A stretch of DNA of 64,000 nt from a virus, in the IMG/VR virus record IMGVR_UViG_3300009503_000022, positions 46,356 through 110,355 of that record. One strand, written 5' to 3'. The position numbers and the translations under genes are program-made. Below the pieces are notes generated by a model that was not told where the DNA came from, made no database searches, and saw only the letters and a program-made list of their open reading frames with translations. Shown piece after piece: positions 60,237 to 64,000 of the stretch (positions are counted from its first letter, which is position 1; each line of letters starts with the position of its first letter).

Positions 60237-60767
60237 TTATCTAATAGGCATAATTTGAAATGGAGCATCTCCTATAATATCACCAATTGTATCTTTTGGA
60301 GAAACATCAATCTCTTGCTCTTCATCTATTCCTAAATAATCAGCATCTTTCTTACTAATATGTAAATAAATTTTATTAACATTACCTCTATAATCAGTTA
60401 TTATATCCTCTACAACTGCTTCAACAGATTCTTCACCATGCCAATATAATACTTTGCTTCCTATAACAATACCTCTATCAAATAAATCATCTTCTGTTAT
60501 TCCAGCTTTCTTATGCAAAAATGATTGTTTTTGTGAAGATTTTCTACTTCCTTTCCATTCATAATAATATTCTCTTATTAAATCAGAACCATCAGATGCT
60601 AATTCACTATCTTCTAACCATTCTTTAAATTCTTCAAATTCTTTTTTACTTATTTCCTCGCCTACAACTTCTGATAAAGATCTTTGATCAAACCAGTTTA
60701 TCACAATTGTATTATCAGTATTTATCATAACTGCTTTTCTATTTAATAAAGATTTTGACCAAGACAT
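60237..60767 (-). CDS. two-module protein with linker motifs
   Basis: MSWSKSLLNRKA leader; SFLHKKA internal linker; SH3-like second module. Confidence 0.65.
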   Translation of the reverse strand: MSWSKSLLNRKAVMINTDNTIVINWFDQRSLSEVVGEEISKKEFEEFKEWLEDSELASDGSDLIREYYYEWKGSRKSSQKQSFLHKKAGITEDDLFDRGIVIGSKVLYWHGEESVEAVVEDIITDYRGNVNKIYLHISKKDADYLGIDEEQEIDVSPKDTIGDIIGDAPFQIMPIR

Positions 60768-60782
60768 ATTTTACCTCCAGTT

Positions 60783-61208
60783 TTAAATTTCTTCCCAATC
60801 TACTTCTTCATACGCTTCTTTTATTAACTTATCTAATATATTTTTTGGAAAATCTTTTTCGTCAACTATTTCATCATCTATATAATATTCCAATACCTCA
60901 ACATCTTCTACAGAAAACTCAGCAGGATCTACCCAACTAGCAGGAATATCATATCCTGATCCTTTGGCAACTATTTTATATATCTTCCCTGTTTTCGGAT
61001 CTTCATAATCAAATTCTTTTATTCCTACCCATCCTTTTAATGCTGATTTCATGTGTTTAAACATTTCGATTTGACGCAATCTTTCCTCTGCCTTTTTTCT
61101 CGATGGATAACAACCAAAACTTCTACCTTTTTCTGAATAAACACAATATTCTCCATCTTTTTTCCTAATATATGATTTTTTATCTAATGAAGATTTTAGC
61201 CAATTCAT
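60783..61208 (-). CDS. two-module protein with linker leader
   Basis: MNWLKSSLDKKS leader; YCV.SEKG...GCY.S...A..RL.QIE.FK domain. Confidence 0.65.
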   Translation of the reverse strand: MNWLKSSLDKKSYIRKKDGEYCVYSEKGRSFGCYPSRKKAEERLRQIEMFKHMKSALKGWVGIKEFDYEDPKTGKIYKIVAKGSGYDIPASWVDPAEFSVEDVEVLEYYIDDEIVDEKDFPKNILDKLIKEAYEEVDWEEI

Positions 61209-61396
61209 TTTTCTTCCTTTAGAATACCTTCTATATATTCTCTAAACATTTTATATTCCTTTTCACTATACGATCTTAAATGAGGAAAAAGACTTAATAA
61301 AGTTTTATCCAAATCTTTTCCCTGATTTAAATATTCCTCTTTTATACTATCTAATAAAGATTTATGATTATTATTGTTTGATTGTCGTTTTTTCAT
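61205..61396 (-). CDS. small hypothetical protein
   Basis: ATGA overlaps at both ends. Confidence 0.55.
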   Translation of the reverse strand: MKKRQSNNNNHKSLLDSIKEEYLNQGKDLDKTLLSLFPHLRSYSEKEYKMFREYIEGILKEEK

Positions 61397-62745
61397 TTGA
61401 TCCTTATTTTTGTTCTATAATCTATATCGGATTTCTTTAATATTTTTATATCCTCTTCTGATACTTGAACTACTCTACCATTTTCCAATTCAACAACTAT
61501 TTTACCCAAATCGTCGGTAATATCTTTAATAATTCCTCTATCTCCATTTTTATAAATAATATTATTATGCACTATTTTATCTTTCAACATTCTAACCTCA
61601 GCACCAAGATATTCTCTCCTCTTTTTCGCAGACGTTATTCCATTATTTAATTCCTTTTTTGCTATTTTTTTATTAATTAAAGATGATTTCTGATATATAT
61701 CATAAAAATCACTTGGTAAATCAGATTCATCACAATATATATCTACTTCATCATCTTCTTTTGTAACTTCATCTGCTACTTTTTCTAAAAACATATCATC
61801 ATTTAAATGTGCTTCTTTTAATTTAAACCATTTTTCATCTTCTTCAGGATCTTGTTCTGACCAACCAGAAAATATCTGATCTATATTCTCATTCCATTGT
61901 CCAGTAAGAGGTTGTCTATAATATATATCAACATCTGTCCATTCTTCATCATAAACTATAATCTTAGTTTCAATTTTCCTATCAAAACCTATTAAATTAG
62001 CATAATATGTTTGAGGAAATTCTTGACCTTCAGGATATTCTATAGCCTTTTTTTGCAAAAATGAATTTTTAATTCCTAAATTTTTTAAATTTCCATAAAC
62101 TTTAATTTCTACAAATTCAGCTCCTGGATATTTTTCTAATAATTTTGGTTTTAAATCAAAAACTCTATCAGATATTTTATCTAATTCTCTTTGCGTCAAT
62201 GCTTTAGTTGCTGATTCTATTCCAACATAAACTACATTATCAATTAATCTAACAAAAGCATTATCCAACAAAGGTTCATTTAATCCTAACACTTCATTTA
62301 CAGTAGGATTTCTTTTACTTACTTTATTAAATAAATTTATCAATTCTTTACCAAAAACCTCAATTGCCTTTTCTTTTCCTATTCTCTCTATTAAATTACT
62401 AAATTCATCTTTCGTATATAATAATGCCGATATATTCTTTGCTTCCATATTTCTTTCACACGCTTTACATAACTTACCTATCTTTTCTCTAGCTATTCTT
62501 ATAGTACCTTGTTTTATAAACCTATCTAACTCTTTTAATTGATCAATAATCAATTCGATTTCTTTATCTGTTAACCCCAATTCCTCTCCTTTTTCTCTTA
62601 CTTTATCATAATCAAAATCATAATAACTCTTTTGAGTTTTAGGATCAACTTTTACAAATTCATCACAAGCCCATTCAAAAAGATTTGCATATTTATCTTT
62701 TTTCATAAACTTACTCTCCTTTTTTAAACGTCCTTCCTTCATCAT
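61393..62745 (-). CDS. modular protein with linker motifs and C-terminal SH3-like barrel
   Basis: LKKES, SFLQKKA, SSLINKKIA. Confidence 0.65.
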   Translation of the reverse strand: MMKEGRLKKESKFMKKDKYANLFEWACDEFVKVDPKTQKSYYDFDYDKVREKGEELGLTDKEIELIIDQLKELDRFIKQGTIRIAREKIGKLCKACERNMEAKNISALLYTKDEFSNLIERIGKEKAIEVFGKELINLFNKVSKRNPTVNEVLGLNEPLLDNAFVRLIDNVVYVGIESATKALTQRELDKISDRVFDLKPKLLEKYPGAEFVEIKVYGNLKNLGIKNSFLQKKAIEYPEGQEFPQTYYANLIGFDRKIETKIIVYDEEWTDVDIYYRQPLTGQWNENIDQIFSGWSEQDPEEDEKWFKLKEAHLNDDMFLEKVADEVTKEDDEVDIYCDESDLPSDFYDIYQKSSLINKKIAKKELNNGITSAKKRREYLGAEVRMLKDKIVHNNIIYKNGDRGIIKDITDDLGKIVVELENGRVVQVSEEDIKILKKSDIDYRTKIRIK

Positions 62746-62905
62746 ATTCTGAAATTAAATATTTATCCCCATTATCCCACTTAACTAAATAATTCATCTT
62801 CCCAAATACACATAAATATTTATCAATTATAGTTCCGTGATTTGCTAATTCTTCTTTTTCTCTATATGGCTCAATCTTTTCTATACGATCACCAATATTT
62901 AGCAT
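62711..62905 (-). CDS. SH3/KOW-like small protein
   Basis: LNIGDRI...GTIID...YLVKWDNG. Confidence 0.6.
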   Translation of the reverse strand: MLNIGDRIEKIEPYREKEELANHGTIIDKYLCVFGKMNYLVKWDNGDKYLISEYDEGRTFKKGE

Positions 62906-62965
62906 AAATAAACTATCCTTACCTAAAGAAAAAGATTTATACCCATAAAATATAATTAATAATAA

Positions 62966-63046
62966 GAGTAGCTATTTCAAGAATTTATAATAATATCCTA
63001 TGAAAGGAGGTGACCTTAAATGGCCCAAACTCTTGAATAGCTACTC
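62966..63046. promoter_or_regulatory. long hairpin enclosing an SD/anti-SD sequence; possible regulatory RNA
   Basis: gagtagctatttcaaga (62966-62982) pairs with tcttgaatagctactc (63031-63046) with one bulge; loop contains aaaggaggtga. Confidence 0.55.
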
Positions 63047-63214
63047 ATTAATTGAAACTTTATCTTTTGTTTCCCTAGCAATTTGTATATTACCACATTC
63101 GTTACATTTATATATCTTCAAAATATAAGCAGTTTCTTTTATTACATCTACAGAAGTATTATGTGAAATCAATTTCAAATTATTACTTTCACATTCTTCA
63201 CAATATATTTGCAT
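63041..63214 (-). CDS. Zn-ribbon protein (57 aa, not in track)
   Basis: MQIYCEECESNNL...YKCNECGNIQ...; follows a GGAG RBS. Confidence 0.65.
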   Translation of the reverse strand: MQIYCEECESNNLKLISHNTSVDVIKETAYILKIYKCNECGNIQIARETKDKVSINE

Positions 63215-63217
63215 TTT

Positions 63218-63835
63218 TCAAAATCTCCTTTCTAACCTATCAGGATATTTTTTTAATAAATCTTCGATATCACCTCTTAAACCAGTCACATCACCTTCTA
63301 CACCTGTAACATCACCTCGTATACCAGAAACCTCTCCAACTATATTAGATACATCTCCTTTTAAATGAGATACATCACCAAACGTATCAGTTACATCACC
63401 TTTTATGTTAGATACATCACCTTCTATACTAGATACATCTCCTTCTATATTAGATACATCACCTCTTATATTAGATACATCGCCCCTTATATTAGATACA
63501 TATCCTTCTATATCTGATGCATCTCCCTTTATATTTGAAGCATCTCCATATATATTTGATACATCACCTCTTAAATTAGATACATCACCTTCTATATATA
63601 GATCAAACGGAGAACCTTCTATATAAGCTACTTCTCCTCTTATATTAGATACATCACCTTCTAAATAAGAAACATCTCCCCTTATTTTAGATACATCTCC
63701 ACTTATATTTGATGCATCTCCTTTTATATTCGAAGCATCTCCCCATATATTAGACTTATCTCCTGTTACATTTTCATCATTAATCAATCTCCTTCTTTGC
63801 GATTTTATTCTTAATGAAGATTTTAACCAATACAT
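63218..63835 (-). CDS. heptad-repeat (xxxGD[VA]S) beta-solenoid protein
   Basis: About 24 heptads; MYWLKSSLRIKSQ leader. Confidence 0.75.
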   Translation of the reverse strand: MYWLKSSLRIKSQRRRLINDENVTGDKSNIWGDASNIKGDASNISGDVSKIRGDVSYLEGDVSNIRGEVAYIEGSPFDLYIEGDVSNLRGDVSNIYGDASNIKGDASDIEGYVSNIRGDVSNIRGDVSNIEGDVSSIEGDVSNIKGDVTDTFGDVSHLKGDVSNIVGEVSGIRGDVTGVEGDVTGLRGDIEDLLKKYPDRLERRF

Positions 63836-63870
63836 ATTTTTATACCTCCTTTTTTAAATTTATACCTATT

Positions 63871-64000
63871 TTAAATCCTTTTTAACCTATCAGGATATTT
63901 TTTTAATAAATCTTCAATATCACCTTCTAAACCAGTTACATCTCCTTCTACACCTGTAACATCGCCTCGTATATTTGAAACATCTCCTCTTAAACGAGAA
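63871..64000 (-). CDS. 3' end of another heptad-repeat solenoid paralog (runs off the window)
   Basis: ...SRLRGDVSNIRGDVTGVEGDVTGLEGDIEDLLKKYPDRLKRI*. Confidence 0.75.
   Translation of the reverse strand, partial: SRLRGDVSNIRGDVTGVEGDVTGLEGDIEDLLKKYPDRLKRI

Noticed and set aside
5449-63626. All plus-strand ORFs in the track (e.g. 34544-34882, 57141-57584, 59890-60258, 63405-63626)
   Set aside because: They lie antisense to well-supported minus-strand genes and have shadow-frame composition; 63405-63626 merely mirrors the heptad repeat.
1-64000. Genome-wide stop-codon reassignment
   Set aside because: TAA, TGA and TAG all end tightly packed genes under the standard code; only one in-frame TGA case (52537) was found.
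55848-64000. Terminase large subunit upstream of portal
   Set aside because: No Walker A/B or terminase nuclease motifs in these ORFs; it probably lies outside the window.
1-64000. tRNA or rRNA genes
   Set aside because: No cloverleaf or rRNA-like sequence noticed in the short intergenic gaps; the anti-SD match near 63002-63015 is only about 13 nt.

Overview
Strongly AT-rich segment of a large tailed (myovirus-type) bacteriophage. Essentially all real genes lie on the minus strand with strong GGAGG ribosome-binding sites. In transcription order (right to left) it holds: acidic/lysine-rich modular proteins (57-64 kb); portal, prohead protease/scaffold, decoration protein and HK97-fold major capsid protein (48-56 kb); neck genes interleaved with large modular proteins (33-47 kb); sheath, two tube paralogs, a tail chaperone with a -1 frameshift, tape measure and baseplate (18-33 kb); several tail fibres/receptor-binding proteins (7.5-18 kb); lysis-type genes (0.8-7.6 kb); and a repeat-rich, origin-like non-coding region (0.27-0.85 kb). 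The standout is a 1992-aa polyvalent protein (35698-41676) in the head/neck module. It strings together all three LigD end-joining domains (ligase, primase-polymerase, phosphoesterase), an ADP-ribosyltransferase-like domain, an mCpol cyclase, a GGDEF cyclase and a sigma-70 factor. Its domains, and those of many neighbouring head-region proteins, are separated by a recurring (S)-L-x-[KR]-x-[AS] motif that is partly conserved at the DNA level. I infer a system of virion-packaged polyproteins cut by the prohead protease and reshuffled as cassettes. All domain calls come from reading motifs by eye; no searches were run.
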